Assembly: GCF_009914755.1 (NCBI RefSeq)
Contig: NC_060932.1
DNA: 64,000 nt
Source: the human T2T-CHM13v2.0 reference genome, Homo sapiens
Reading direction: 5' to 3' (one strand)
A program made the position numbers and the translations under genes. The notes under the pieces are model-generated. The model was not told the origin of the DNA. It saw only the letters and a program-made list of their open reading frames with translations, and made no database searches. The first letter of the stretch is position 1. Each line of letters opens with the position of its first letter. Positions 1 to 16,656 of the stretch are shown piece after piece.

Positions 1-466
1 TATGATTCTTTGCCTTTACCATTAGTAATGCCAGACTCCCACCCTCCCATAAAAAAAACACACCTGAATTTGCCATCATCCTGACACTGCATCTTGGCCA
101 GCCCTCATCAGCGGCAGCCTCCTGCTTGGGAAGCTGGACATCCTCATCCCCTAACAGGATTCTGGTCTCTCCCTCCTCACTACTTCCCAGGTAGATGTCT
201 GCTTGAGCACATGCAAACTCCAGATCAGAGAAGTCACTGGTTTTCACTGATTTCTGAAGTTTCTGAGACATTGGGTCGGCTAATAAGTCATAATCTATGG
301 GTTGGGAGAGGCTTAGAGATTATCTGTTTCAAACTTCCAGAGGGGTGTATAAAACGCAGTGAAAAAATCCTTGCACAAAACTGCCTTAAATATGCATATC
401 ATCAAATGAGTTGCACTTTATGGGAGGGAGGAAACTCCTACTAACAAGGTTTTGTGTTCAATTTCA

Positions 467-753
467 TTTTTTTTTTTTAAAGCCAAGGTCTTGCTCTGTT
501 GCTCAGCTCAGACTAGACACTCATAGCTCATTGCAGCCTCCACCTCCTGGGCTCCAACAGTCCTCCTGCCTCAGCCTCTCGAGTAGCTAGAACCAGAGGA
601 ATACACAAGCACACCAAGCCAATTTTTAAAATTTTTTGTAGTGATGGAGTCTTGCTGTGTTGCCCAGGCTGGTTTCAAACTTCTGAACTCAAGTGCTCCC
701 CATCTTGGCCTCCTGAAATGCTGGGATTACAGTCATGAACCACCATGCCTGGC
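467..753 (-). mobile_element. Alu (old, AluJ-like)
   Basis: Poly-T followed by diverged antisense Alu ending ccaccatgcctggc. Confidence 0.85.
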
Positions 754-1846
754 TTCAACTGTTAACCCATTTATAATATCTTGAAACCAGAGGTGCCTCC
801 TAATTTTAAGGAAGACGCTACTAGAATTTAACATTAACAAAACCCACATAGATATCTAAAAAATATAGCCAGTGAGTGTTCACTGGTTTTCTGTAATAGC
901 TGAGTAACATTTGGTAAATTTGTGGCAGTTTAGTAAATTCAGGAAAAGATGACTATCAACCAACTTAAGATTCAGAATCATAGAAACGTAAAATTCTACT
1001 GACTCAGATCTCATCAGGAGGAGAAAGTGAGGGTATGTAAACACATTCAGGCCTTGAATACTGACATAAAGATCTGCAGAAAAGGAAAGTCGTTCCATTG
1101 ACAGATTAAAAAATGTAATCCCAGATACTTGTCCTTGGATAGCTGAAAGGTCAATAGGAAAGTCTACAGAATGACTCACCTTCATAAACAACACATTCAT
1201 TTAGTTCAAAAGTCAAAGTCTAAAGTTAGAAAACATCTTTGGATTCAATAAATTGTAATTATCATATACCATATACTAATAATATAATTATTTAAAGAGT
1301 TTATTTTCATAAAATGACTACAGTATTAGACCTTCCATCGTCTAGTTTAGCAAGTACAAGTTAGCATATTTTTAGGACTGATATGTAGTAACTCAGACTT
1401 TACAGCAACCACATTTGGGGAAACTTTCATTTTCCAGGCTCTATTAAGTCTTAATTTTATAATGATATTAGCAGTGCTACCCTCAGGAACGTCAGGATGT
1501 GCTGTGGAAAGGAATTCACTATCAGGCATTTAGAGTGATAGGAGACATTGATGAGAAATTACACCAAATGTCTCCATACCATATTTTTATTATTTTTAAC
1601 GAACATTCTGTTTAAGCCTTCTCATATGGGACACATTGTGTGCAAGACAAACAGTATTTAAAAATAATTCAAGTGCATCTTAAGTAGAATGCCCCAAAGC
1701 AAAATACTGTATTTCCATTTATGTCATTTTGCAGCCTGGTGTAGTCTCCATTAGACACAAAATCTAGCACTTACCTAGATATAACATTAGAGACTATGAG
1801 GTCATAAAAGAAGTAATTTTTAGGTATGGAATTAAAAATCCTACTA

Positions 1847-2173
<327 letters not shown>

Positions 2174-4427
2174 CTAAGACCCAGGAACTCTGTACATTTT
2201 TCATGTAACTGTTAATGAATTTTACATAATATTCCGCCCCATTTTCAAAGAGAATTTTCAAACTTCTGACACAAAAAATTTCTTTCCTATAATTTAAAAT
2301 TTTCTCAATTAAATGAAAGATGACTTAATCCCCATACCTGCCAACGTGCATACATGTGCACAAACGGAAAAACACTTGAATAAAAAAAATCCCATGGACA
2401 TGATTTTATGGCCATGTTAATTATTTTGCTATTTCTCACAGTTTATAAAATCATTGCCTATTTCTTCTTGAGTGCATGCTTCATGTGGTACAGGGATCAT
2501 CTAGCTCCTGTTCATTGTTTTATCCCCAACGTCTAGGCGGTTTCTGGATCTGAACAAGTATTCAGGAAATGGTTATTGGGTACATGAAAACATGGCATTT
2601 CACATTCTCCCAGTCCCCTGGTGTATGGAAGGCTTGAATTACTTTCCCCATATTTCAAAGTGGCAAAACAAACCCCAAAAGTTTAAGTGACCTCTAAGTA
2701 TACATATCAGTGAGGAGCTGAGCTGGAGCATTACTCTCTGAAAATATCATTTGATCACAATGCTTGGTATATTATTAGAAAGAACCACTTTTTATGATAA
2801 TAACAAATTTAGTTTGTGTTTGAAGTCATCAATTTTGAATTAAATGTGTTTACATTTATATTAGCAAGGCAGTAATTATGTAGCTCAATGTGGTTAATAG
2901 GCAAGCCAGTTTTTGTTCTTGAATTGGAAAGTATTTAAGATTGTTTTATTTGTGAGATAAGGTTTCTCCTAAACCTCTCATCTCACGGAAGGTGTGAAAA
3001 CACTGCCGAATTTATAAGTATACACATTTTAGATACATACAAGACTATGCTGAGTTTAAAAGTTGTTTATATCAAATACTGTGGTTTGTCACCAAGTTGT
3101 TTTAAAGCGTGACTACAATTAAATCATAGTATTCCACTTAAGTTATATGTCTTATTTCATTCCCATTATCGGTCACACATGCACTAAAAAATATGTAGAA
3201 AAGAAAATGTCTTAATTGCTGATTTTTCCCCTATACAAAAAGAGACTTTGTTTTGTAAATAAGATGAAGGAAGATGAAGGAACATGCTTCACAATTTTCA
3301 ATAAGGAGTGACTCTTTAAATACTTATTTAACATTTCTGAAAACTTAGCTTTTTATAGGAAGAAATACAACTAACTCCAGTAGTTCTTGTTATACTCTCA
3401 CAGTCTAACTGAATGCAAACTCTGAATGCTATTGCAGAAAACATTTATAATAATAAATTCCACAGATATATGTTCAAGAGTAATATGATATAATTTTTAC
3501 AGAAAAAGATTAAAACTTGATTTTCCCCAGTATGACTTTTTTTTTTTTTTAATGAATTTGAATTGTGCAGAAGCAATTGTCCCAACAGCTCTCACAGGGC
3601 AGTGCCTCCTCAGAATCACGCCGGGGCTGCTGACAGCATCGAGCAGTACAAGCGTGGACCGATCAGGGAGCGGGAGCTGATGCAGAGAAAGAAGGTACCT
3701 GAAGGTCTAGAAGATTCTACTGCACACAGGTTTTGTAAGATGAAAAATGACAGATTCAGGGCACTGGCTACAGGGTGCTACCAGCAGGAAGAGTTCAGGG
3801 ATATGATTCAAATATTGATTTAAAAGAAACAAAGGGGAAACCCTGTCTTATTCCCTCCGATCCCAGGAGGCACTTTCAAATGAGGTGATTTAAAAGCTGA
3901 AAAAGTGGAATTAAGGAGTGCTGCCTGGCCCTGTTTGTTCTCTCTTTTGGTCTGGTATTCTTCAAGTTAGTTTGCTTAGGTTTTAATTAGCTTGCAAAAT
4001 ATTTTAGATAGGATTAGAATAGTAAAAAATGCAACTCAGAGATGCTAGGAAATTCTCCAGAAGGAATAGACAAAGAGATAAAATCCACCTATTCTTTTCG
4101 ACCCACCAACCCTTATACAAAACCTTTATCCACTATGCTCAACAGCACACATACATACGTAGCAGCTCCTTCACCACCAGGGTTTGAAGCTGGTCTTTAA
4201 CGAGACCCATCTACGTTTCTGCATTAAAACATTTGAATGTTCACACCGTTGGGGGCGATAAATATTTTCTAAATAGACACCTTTATGTCAGGATGGTCTG
4301 TTGTCCCTAAATGAATTTCTGCAAACCTAGGATACATTTTGGCTTTTCAGAGTGTTTTACAATTTGGACTTGGGGAAAAGCAATTGCAGGCTATATAAGA
4401 TAATGAAGACTTTTTAGGGACACTTTA

Positions 4428-4747
<320 letters not shown>

Positions 4748-5263
4748 GTCGTTAATGTCCTTTGGTCTACAGAATTCTCCTTCTAGACTAAGTCAAAAAG
4801 CTAAACAGAGGAGGCTTCATGGTAGAAGTCATTTCGGATGTAACAATAACAACAACAAAAAAGTGAGGTATCCAAGCAACACTCAAGAAAAAGCAACAGC
4901 AATGGCAGGTGTTGAAAATAAGTGTTGTCACACACAACAGGTGAGAGGTTAAGAGATTTTATAAAAGGGAAAGAAAGAGAGAGAGCCAGTAATGAGTAAA
5001 TATACTCTAATAATAAAAAGTAAAAAAGTAAATTAGCTGATCAATCAGGAAAGAACAAATTCAAACAGCCAATAAGCATATGAAAAAAAAAAGTTCGACC
5101 TTATTATTAATTTAAAATGCCAATTAAAACAAGACATCATCACTTTGTGCCTTAAAATCTATAAAGTGTGGTGTTTTCTGTGAGTCAGAGAAAACATTAA
5201 TAAATATATATGGCTGATGGCAGGTTAAATCGGTGTGACTGCTCTGAAAGAGATTTTAAAAAT

Positions 5264-5566
<303 letters not shown>

Positions 5567-5913
5567 ACGTTTTAAAAGTCCGAGAAATATGCGAGTTTGT
5601 AGAAATATGTCACTTATTAATAATCCTGATTTATTTTGCAACATGAGTGCTCATTGAAGCTATCTTCAGAATAGGGAAAAGGTTAAAACAACTTAATTAT
5701 ACAATAATAAGGGACTAGAAAGATCAATATTGGTAGATTCAAACAAATAGATACTAGAGAGTGGCATCAGTGGTGTAGTTGTGCCTTCTAAAAAGATTTA
5801 GTCACTAAAAACGAGTAGAAAATACATAGTAACACAAAATATACACACCATGTACTGGTAAGTAAAAAGTGCAATTTACGAAACAGTCAAGCAGGATGTT
5901 GTCATTTTAAAAC

Positions 5914-6216
5914 TTTTTTCTTTTTTTTTTTTTTGAGACAGAGTCTCACTCTGTTGCACAGGCTGGAGTGCAGTGGTGCGATCTTGGCTCACTGCAACTT
6001 CTAGCTCCTGGGTTCAAGTGATTCTCGTGCCTCAGCCTCCCAAGTAGCTGGGATCACAGGCATGCACCACCACCCCTGGCCAATGTTTGTATTTTTAGTA
6101 GAGATAGGGTTTCACCATGTTGCCCAGGCTGGTCTCAAACTCCTGATGTCAAGTGATCTGCCCGCCTTGGCCTCCTAAAGTGCTGGGATTACAGGTGTGA
6201 GCCACCACACCCAGAC
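5914..6216 (-). mobile_element. Alu (AluS)
   Basis: Poly-T followed by antisense dimeric Alu. Confidence 0.93.
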
Positions 6217-8132
6217 TAAAACATTTTAAAATGGATTACATATACATAATTATGAAATCATTTATAAATGTCTATATTAATTGTAATTGTCTCCAGGTAA
6301 AAAGATGACAACTTTTTTCTCCTCTTTGATTTAATTATAGTTTATAAAATGTCTTCAGTAAAATGTATTACCCTTTAATATGAAAAAAGGTAAAAAAATT
6401 AAAAAGTGTTTTGAATCTTTGAAACAGAATTTACATGAGTGCTAATTATAATTAACTCATGCCCTAATGGGCAAGCTTCTTACAGAGGACATAAACCTCA
6501 TTCCTAAAAAACAGAAAATTACAAAGTAATAAAAATATAATGTTAACTTATTTCCAATTATATATTTTCCATTTTTCTGTTACATAACACCTACGCATGT
6601 AGGCGGGTCTGGTTGCCAAAATAATTGATTATTCATCTGCCTGCAAGTGATTTCAGCTTGTCCTTGAAGCTGACATTCAAGGTAGAGACAGGGGTATTTA
6701 TTTACCTTTTGGTGCGTATTGGACTACCTAGTGGCTGGTCAAAATAAAGTAACTAAGAGATGATCTAACAGAAGATCGATTTGTTTATAGATTCATTAGG
6801 AGATGGCCAACTTTTATAATTACATGTTCAAATTAATATAAATTAATAAATTACTTTTAAGGGATTAACTCGTAGTTATATTGCTTTTTAATGTATTCCT
6901 CCACGAGCCTAAAAACATGCAAAATGGAAGGAAAAAAAAAAACCCTTTCCTACTGTAAAAGTAGGCCATTGGTTTAAAATGATCGCCACATTGATAGGCA
7001 ATCACTCCACTTTAAAAAAGAAACACGCCGAAATCTCTGCAGTCTCCCGGTGACTCAGCTTGAGTAAAACGCGTGACTGTGCTCACAGACGCTATGAAAA
7101 GTAAACGCAGCACCAGACATTAAACACACATACATTGCTCCCCGACAAGGCTGAGAAGGCTGATAAGGACAGTTATCCAACCTCATCTGTCTTCAGACAA
7201 CTGGGATAAGTGGTTTGTCATAAGTAGGAGCGCCGTATCACAGCTCCCCAAGACCACTGAGAATTTCACCACCGCTGTGTACACGACAATAAAAACCAGT
7301 TCAAACCACAAACCCCCTCAAGGTCATCCTATGCAAAATGGCCTATCCATTTCATGATCACTTTCTCTCTTCACACATCAATTAAATTTTACATTTTTCA
7401 GACAGATTATAAAGAAGTACTAATTAAACTGTGATAGTTACTTAAAATAATAAAGTTCAGTAGTTTCTTTTTAAGACTTAGATGATATACTCTAAGTACG
7501 AATTTTATTAGTAGAATATTTTATTGAATGAAGAGACAATCTACCTGCAATTACTATTTTACATAAAATATATATTAGCCTACAAACATATTTGTGATAA
7601 ATTGTCTCAGGTGGCTATTCAAGCCAAAGTCTGCAAAATCATTTGTTATCCTTTTAATAAGGTCAAACTATAAAATGTCAATAAATTTCAGAAACAAACC
7701 TCCTTTTATCTTCATTTTAACACAAACAGTATAATTTCTAGTTTTCAGAATTCTATTTTAAATGTACTAATATCATAGGGGGAAAAACATCTAAAAAGAG
7801 AAAGTACTTTTAGTGAGTAGGTTTTGCTTAAGGGCATGTTTCTATATTAAAAATCAGAATAGCAATGGTAGGTTTATAAATTTTGAGGCAACTAGAATTT
7901 TAAATTACAGACATTTGATTGATCCATGTTTATGTAACATTTGTTAAGGGTAGGAAATATACGGTAAATGTCAATTACTGTACCTTAAGGGGATGACTTC
8001 CTTTATTCTACCTCATAAAATAAAGTTTAAAGGTTTACAATAAAATTTCAGGAGTCTCAGAGAGCCAGAGAACATGAAAGAAACTCTTGAGAAATATTTC
8101 TGAAGAAATAATACATTTACGGAGCGCTTTTA

Positions 8133-8480
<348 letters not shown>

Positions 8481-11287
8481 CTAATAAGTCATTTGTCTAC
8501 ACATGAACATACGAAAATAGTTTCTTTTCCCAGGGGTACATTCAATAACATACATCTTCATTGTGCTTGCATTGCATAAACTCTAGCAAGATTCTGTTGA
8601 AAATGCAACCAATGATGAAATATATCAAGGGTTTTTTTAAAACAAAAATTACATTATCCTTAGAATAAATACATACATACACACAGACTGATTTTCTCTT
8701 CAGCAATATTTTAATGAAACCCCATACTGCAAATTACATAAACTAGTTAAAGTACACCAACCTCAAGGAAAACAAAATAGGAAGAATTTCCTTAAGGTCT
8801 GTGCCTTCAAAGGTGATCCAATAACCTTTGTTGAGATGCCAAGGGTGGAAGGTCTAGAGGAGATGACCAGTGAGTTATACCCAGGATCCCATAGGTGACA
8901 TTGCCACGGCAAAATTATTAATAACCCCCTTTCACTCACCCAAAAAATTCCAAGTTGGACAATATATTATATGGCCACCCTAATATTAACAAAAGCTCTG
9001 AAAATAATATCCTGCCTTTCTGCATATATATAAAGAATCTCAAATCTGTTGAGTAGAGGCCAGACTCTGCAAAGCCGGCTGGTGCCTGTGCTTTCAGAGG
9101 CCACTGGAGCCTTATCATATCAGTTTCTGGTAATCATGTGTAAAGTGCATTGCAAACGGCGAGCCTAAAATCACCTCCCATATGCAGCCATCGACTCTGC
9201 CTGTGCCCAATCACAGAAGGCTACCGCAAGCCCAGAGTTTTCACCAGAGTATCCCCCATCACTCTAAAATACAGCAGCCTCAAGAAATAGCAGTTGTTTT
9301 CTCCAGTTTCTATAACTGCTGTGTATTATGTGTCGCACTGAAAATTAGAAAGATAGGTACTCCTGAAAAATCCAAAGCTTAGATTTTTTCTCATTTTTAC
9401 TTTCAGTTAGAATAACGAGCTCTTTCTTCCACTCCACTGCATAAGAGATGACAATTAAAAGCTGACTTTTTCTCTGCAAAGTACTTCACTGTTTTCAACA
9501 CCAAGTTTTATGAAAGAGCAAAAAAAAAGAGATTAGTGTATTGTTCTATATACATACCATCACACTGTCCATTTTAATATTTGAAGCCTTAAAGTAATGA
9601 GTAGGCTTTGCGTTTTGTTTTGTAAATTCTGAAGCATTTGTGTGTGTGCGTGTGTGTGCATATACATATGTCTACATATGGATAGATAAATGGAATAATA
9701 AAATCCATTTAAATAAAAAGTTAGAAGATATATAAAAAAGAATAAGACCTGCTCTGTGTTATTCAGACATTTTTAACCTAATAGGGGTGGCAATGAACAA
9801 ATAATTCAGGACAAGAGAAAATGTTAAACTGTGCAGATTAAAAGACCAAAGCTCTATCCAATAGTGTCATATGATACAGACATCAAGGATCCTATAGTTG
9901 GTCAGACCTGCTTCAAATCCCATCAGGACTTAATTAGTACCTAATTAGTACTTAATGATCACTTAAGCACACTTATCATCAGCTAACAAATCAGTAAAAA
10001 TTAGACTAATATCTAAGTCATTAAGTCTGCTATGAAGATGAAGTGTGAAAATTTGCTAACTTGTCTTTCTCCTTGCTATTCTCTAAGCTAATTGAGGCAA
10101 GAAGCTGTCTTCACCACTCTCTTTCTCTCAAATTGATTGTTATTACATTGAAATATATACATGTGTGTATCTATAACACAATGAGAACAATGAAATGAAC
10201 ATCTGTGATACCAACTCTAAGCAACAGAGTATTTACCAATACATCAGTATGATCAATGCGTAGAACATACCCTTCCCCATATCACCTTCTTCCTCCACTT
10301 CAGGGGAAGTCACTTTCTGAATTTTATGTTTATCATTCCCTTGCTTTTCTTCACAGTGACTATAAATGTATGCATTCCACTTTTAGCCACATATATCAGT
10401 TTCCTGAAATCAAATGCTTAACTGGAATTATATGTTGCAAGTTCTGTGACTCTCTCTGTCTTAAATGCTTAACTGGAATACATATTGCAAGTTCTGTGAC
10501 TCTCTGTCTCTCTCCCCCTTGCTTGTATTATGTTTTTGGGAGTCATCTACATTTAGGCATGATGCTCTGGTCTACTCATTTTTATTGCTGTATAGTTTTC
10601 CATTGCAGGAATGCACCATGATTTTTCCATCCTCTTCTTGATGGATCTTTGGGTCATTTTTCTTTTTACCCTTATATAAAATGCTGCTGCGAAAACTCTT
10701 GTACATGCTGCTGGTACACATTTGCTCTTTCAAATGACATGGGCTGCTATGTTTTGGATTTTCACTTCCAAACAGCATGCAGTTAGATTGTCCTTTAAAT
10801 TCAATCCCAGAATTGTCTTTTAATTGGATAGTTTAGTCTCCTTATGTGCCCTGAAGTTCCTGCTCTATTTGGATTTCTCTCGACCATCTTAGCTTGTGTT
10901 TTCTATGTGCACCCCCATATGCTCTACCTTTTTGCTTGCTTTCATACTAATTAATTTTTTCTCGTGCTTTTATTTTAGTAGACTTTCTAGAAATTTCAGT
11001 ATGTATTTAGTTGTAATAGTCTTACCTTCTTCTTTAATATTTATTATTCTCTTCCTAATTACATGCATTGCTAGGTATTTCAGTTATTTAAAAAAAAAAT
11101 CTTAAATTAGACATTGTCATTATCCATTTGTTTTTATAAAACTCATACATTAAATATTATTGTTTGACATAGTTGACTGATGATTGTTTAAATTTTCATA
11201 CATACTTATCAATTTGTTTGCTTATTATGTTTTCTTTTCATTTTTTTTTCTGAGTTTTTATTTGGCCTAATTTTTCTACTTCATAAA

Positions 11288-11664
11288 TACTATGGCTTGA
11301 CTATTTGTCTCCTCAAAAACTTACGTTGAAATGTAATCAATATGGTCATATTGGGAGGTGAGGCCTTTAAGAGGTGATTGTATTAATCATTTGTAAATTA
11401 GTGGATTAACGGATTTATGGGCTATCACAGGAGGGGAATTGGTGACTTTATAGGAAGAGTGACCTGAGCTGGCATGCTCAGCCCCTCGCCAGGCGATGCC
11501 TGCACGTGTTAGGACTCCAGAATCCCCACCAGCAAGAGGGCCAGATGTGGTCCCTCGACCTTGGACTTCTCAGCCAGCATATTTGTGAGAAGTATATTTA
11601 TTTTCTTTATAAATTACCCAGTTTCAGATATTCTGTTATAAGCAGTAGAAAACAGACTAATACA
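11288..11664 (+). mobile_element. MaLR solo LTR (MST-like)
   Basis: Starts tactatggcttga; ends aaattacccagtttcagatattctgttata...gactaataca. Confidence 0.7.
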
Positions 11665-13908
11665 CTAAAATGGTTTGTTCGTTTTGTTTTGTTTGGTTGG
11701 TTTTTGCAAATTATGTTTAGTAAGGACATGTGATGGCTTGGATTAGTTTCACATTTACTTGGCCGTTCATATAGTATTTGGTTTCCTATTCATATTTTTA
11801 TTCTCTTTTTTTTCATGATTACAGTCTGAATCCGATAAGAATTCCAATTTCTCATGTAAACTAAGTTGTTTGTAAGTTTTCACATTTGTACTTCTGTTCT
11901 GGGGAACTTGACTTATGGTAATTCTTTGCATTCTGCTTTGAAGGTACACCCATCCAGAGGAGAGTCACATTAGATTACAGGATCTGCCTGGAACAACAGA
12001 AAACCTCCTTTTTCAAAAATAAATTAACAGCTTGAGGCATTTTGGATCCCAGGGATGGTAGAAATTCACCTACAGACTAGTGTGAATCCCGCCGGCGGTT
12101 GTGAGTTGCATGCATCTATGTCTCTGTCAACATCGATGTCTGTCTATTCTCCCCACTCTGTGAGTAGAACACCCTTTGGTGTTCCAGCTATACATGAGGG
12201 TCTCCTATGATATTTTCAACCTCAGAAAGACCTTAGATTTGCTTTCTATTCCCTGAGCCAAGGGACTCTGAGAGTGGAAGCTCCACATCACAGAGGATCA
12301 GCAGAGGCAATCAGGGCAGGGCTGGCTTCCTAGCTTCACAATCTCTCTCCATTTCTGCATTTCATATCAACCGGGATTCCTTATTTTGTTGCAGGTTCAA
12401 TGACACAATTTGAAAATCCAAAACCAATTTTATCCAGCACTTTTACTGTATTTTCAGCATATAAATTTTCAGAGTCCTCACTGTAATACTGCAAACGGAA
12501 GCCACTCAATCACACTTATTTCTTAAACACTGGCCATGATTTCTGAGACATCATTCTTCTCGTCATTATCAGTATTATTATCATTACTCGTGTTTTGAAC
12601 AGGGGAATCTCACTTGAAAACAGCACTCTCAGTGGAGATCTAGAAGAGAGTGCTTGGGTTTCGGAGTAGGTTTTTCAATGGAAAGAGAGCGGGAATGACA
12701 ATAGGAGTTACCGGAAGGCCATTGCTGTACTTTCCCACTTTCCTCCCATCAGCTGCAAAGACTGGAACACAGGGAAATCCAAGCATATTACTCCAAGAGA
12801 AGCCTGGGAGAGCAGAGGAAGGCAGGATAGATGTGAAGATGCAACACTTACAGTTAGAAAGTCACGAAGGTCTCACCCATAAGCCACACATTTTTCTAAC
12901 GTAGAACACTAATCATAGAATACAATCACCAGAATCACAAGGCAATTGGCCATCATCTTGGTACCAAAGGGGTACCCTTCCTGAACCAGCATTTTACACG
13001 AATTCTTGAATTTACTCTTTGAGTGATATTCCTATAGAATCTATGATCAACTGTTGTTGAGATTTCTCTGGTTTTCAGAAAATAATCAAAAGCAAATCCT
13101 ACTGTACATGCACAATCTTGTTCATCTGAATGAATTTCCCATCTTCAAAGGAAAATTCTTCCTTTCCTCAAGCAAGTGGTGACATGTATAATTAAGTACT
13201 CATTTGCAAGTGATAATTTCTGTCACAGTTTATATAGGTTAAAAAATTAACAATAAGTGTATAATATTAAAATAATTGTCATACAGTGATAGTCACTGTA
13301 AATATCGCAACATTTATACAATGAAATGAATGTTATATAATAGTACAAGAATTTAAAAACAAAAGTTTAGGAGGTGAGCCAAGGACATCAGGGATAACAG
13401 TTTCATTATAATTTTTAAAACCAAGATGTTTTCATTTCTCATTCCCATATTTTTATTTAATGTTTATCAAAAGAAAAGATATATAATACTCACTACTAGG
13501 AAAGTTTTACACAAAGGTGCACAGATTTTATACATGAATAAGAATTTTAACGGATATATCAGCCTTGCAAAAAATAAGTGCTCTGTTGAACACTTTTCTG
13601 GGAGTTAATAGGATCTGGTCAAATGAGATTGGCAAATACTGCACACCCCAGTTTCCCCTTAGACATTCCCATTGCACATCAGGGATTAAAGGCTCAGAGC
13701 TGTACCACAGTAAAAAACTTCTAAAAATCATTGTTTAATCCAGCGTATCCCACATTGTCATCATAGAGCACAGTTTTCCTAGAAAATCTCTTAAGATCCT
13801 TCCAAATAGAAGTCCACAGAATATCAGTAGAAACAGTGCCTTGCACTAGTGGTTACATGTCCTTTCATGGCATAATATTCTATTCATTTTTGAAAGTACC
13901 TTTTGTAG

Positions 13909-14366
<458 letters not shown>

Positions 14367-15334
14367 GAAAATGTGAGTTTCAATAAAATAATTATATATA
14401 CATTTAGAGCTAATGTATATATCTGCTTGTATATTTTCAAAGGTTATTTAAAATTGCCATAAACTACTAAGGCTTACTTAAGTTTAAACAAACCCCCAAA
14501 CACTTTGTATTTAGAATTATGAAATAAAGATGAAAAGTTCCTAGAGTTAGCCAGATTGGACTAAAAAACCAATAAGAAGGCTTGAGGAAGGAGAAAGAGA
14601 ACAATTTTAAACAATGTAGTGCAGAATACATCGGTTGGGTCTTTGAAACAAATTTCATTTTATTTTCCTCTAGTTATGAATGATGCAAAGATGTTTTCTG
14701 TTAAAGGCAAGAAAGCTTATTCTAGACTAATACAAACCCCCACCCAGGGGCACTCCATTAGGGGCAGAAACTGCTTTTCCACTTCAGGCTCTTCACAAAG
14801 TGATTGGCAGAGCACGCTGTCATTCCTCTTCCAGGGCTGTATTCTTTTATGTGCCACATCATACACTTCACTCATTTTTCTCTTAAATATGTTTTCTGCA
14901 AATTGGATTTTTTGCTGACTCTGAAGGTTTCTAGTTTCTTGCCATAAAAAAGAAAACATTTTCAGTTGCATCCATCTTATCCCTCAACGACCCTAGAAAA
15001 AGGCAGCGCTGTTCCTGAGATTATGAGTGCCCTGTTTTCCAGTTTCCCACAGGCGTTCCCTGGAAAATCTCAAGTCACAGAGGCACTTTCCACAGGCCCA
15101 TTGGCCTCTGAGGGGACATCTCTGCCACCTGTCAAGCTGCATCCAGAGCCATGCCAGTCAGCTTGAGCAACAAAGAACCTGCGCTGCCCTTCACAAAACA
15201 GCAGTGGGTCTGACTGTTTCCAACAGCAGGATTGACAACGTGCGGCTACTGCACTGCAGAACTGGACGCTGCAATAACGCCAATCTTTTTGCAACTAGAT
15301 AAGAGAGATATATATATAGTCTCACAACTTTGCA

Positions 15335-15625
15335 GGCCGGGTGCGGTAGCTCACGCCTGCAATCCTAGCACTTTGGGAGGCCGAGGCGAGTGGATCAAAA
15401 GGTCAGCAGTTCGAGACCAGTCTGACCAACATGGTGAAACCCTGTCTGTACTAAAGATACAAAATATTAGCTGGTCATGGTGGTGTGTGTCTGTAATCTC
15501 AGCTACTCGGGAGGCTGAGGCAGGAGACTCAGGAGGTGGAGGTTACAGTGAGCTGAGATGGCACCATTGTACTCCAGCATGGGCAACAGGGCGAGACTCC
15601 ATCTCAAAACAAAAAACCAAAAAAC
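15335..15625 (+). mobile_element. Alu (AluS)
   Basis: Dimeric Alu; TSD cacaactttgca at 15323-15334 and 15626-15637. Confidence 0.92.
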
Positions 15626-15808
15626 CACAACTTTGCATATAAATAAAAGTATATAATATTTTTATATTAAATATTATATATTTATATATTATATAAATAA
15701 CACAACTTTGCATATAAATATAATTTTTATACTTATACTATAAATATAATTTTATACTTATACTATAAATATATTTTTTATACTTATACTATAATTTTTT
15801 AAATTATA

Positions 15809-16140
15809 CTATAAATATAATTTTTATAATTATACTTATACTACAAATATAATTTTTATAATTATACTTATACTATAAATATAATTTTTATAATTATACT
15901 TATACTACAAATATAATTTTTATAATTATACTTATACTACAAGTATAATTTTTATAATTATACTTATACTATAAATATAATTTTTATAATTATACTTATA
16001 CTATAAATATAATTTTTATAATTATACTTATACTACAAATATAATTTTTATAATTATACTTATACTACAAATATAATTTTTATAATTATACTTATACTAC
16101 AAATATAATTTTTATAATTATACTTATACTATAAATATAA
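15809..16140. repeat. AT-rich minisatellite, 32-bp unit, ~10 copies
   Basis: Unit cta(c/t)aaatataatttttataattatacttata starts at 15809, 15841, 15873 ... 16097; shorter related units from ~15715. Confidence 0.92.
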
Positions 16141-16240
16141 ATTTTATATTTCTACTTATATATTTTTGTATATTTATTTTATGATATGCTATATATTATA
16201 TATTTATTTTATAATATATAATACAGATTTAAATAATAAA

Positions 16241-16656
16241 TTTCACTCGCGTCCGTGTGAAGAGACCACCAAACAGGCTTTGTGTGAGCAATAAAGCTGT
16301 TTATTTCACCTGGGTGCAGACGGGCTGAGTCCGAAAAGAGAGTCACCGAAGGGAGATACGGGTGGGGCCGTTTTATAAGATTTGGGTACGTAAAGGAAAA
16401 TTACAGTCAAAGGGGGGTTGTTCTCTGGTGGGCAGGTGTGGGGGTGTCACAAGGTGCTCAGCAGGGGAGCTTTTGAGCCAGGATGAGCCAGGAGAAGGAA
16501 TTTCACAAGATAATGTCATCAGTTAAGGCAGGAACAGGCCATTTTCACTTCTTTTGTGGTGGAATGTCATCAGTTAAGGCAGGAACTGGCCATCTGGATG
16601 TGTACATGCAGGTCACAGGGGATATGATGGCTTAGTTTGGGTTCAGAGGCCTGAAA
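16241..16656 (-). mobile_element. HERV-H 3' LTR (LTR7 family)
   Basis: Direct repeat of the 5' LTR; TATAAAA at 16371-16377 (-), GGCCCCACC box at 16361-16369 (-), AATAAA at 16300-16305 (-). Confidence 0.93.

Noticed and set aside
3536-3800. Poly-T followed by a CpG-containing patch as a possible retrocopy or cryptic exon
   Set aside because: No TSD, no recognisable source gene and no in-frame CUB/Sushi sequence on the CSMD1 strand
15809-16140. Regularly spaced repeats as a CRISPR-like array
   Set aside because: Head-to-tail units without unique spacers, in a primate intron; it is a VNTR
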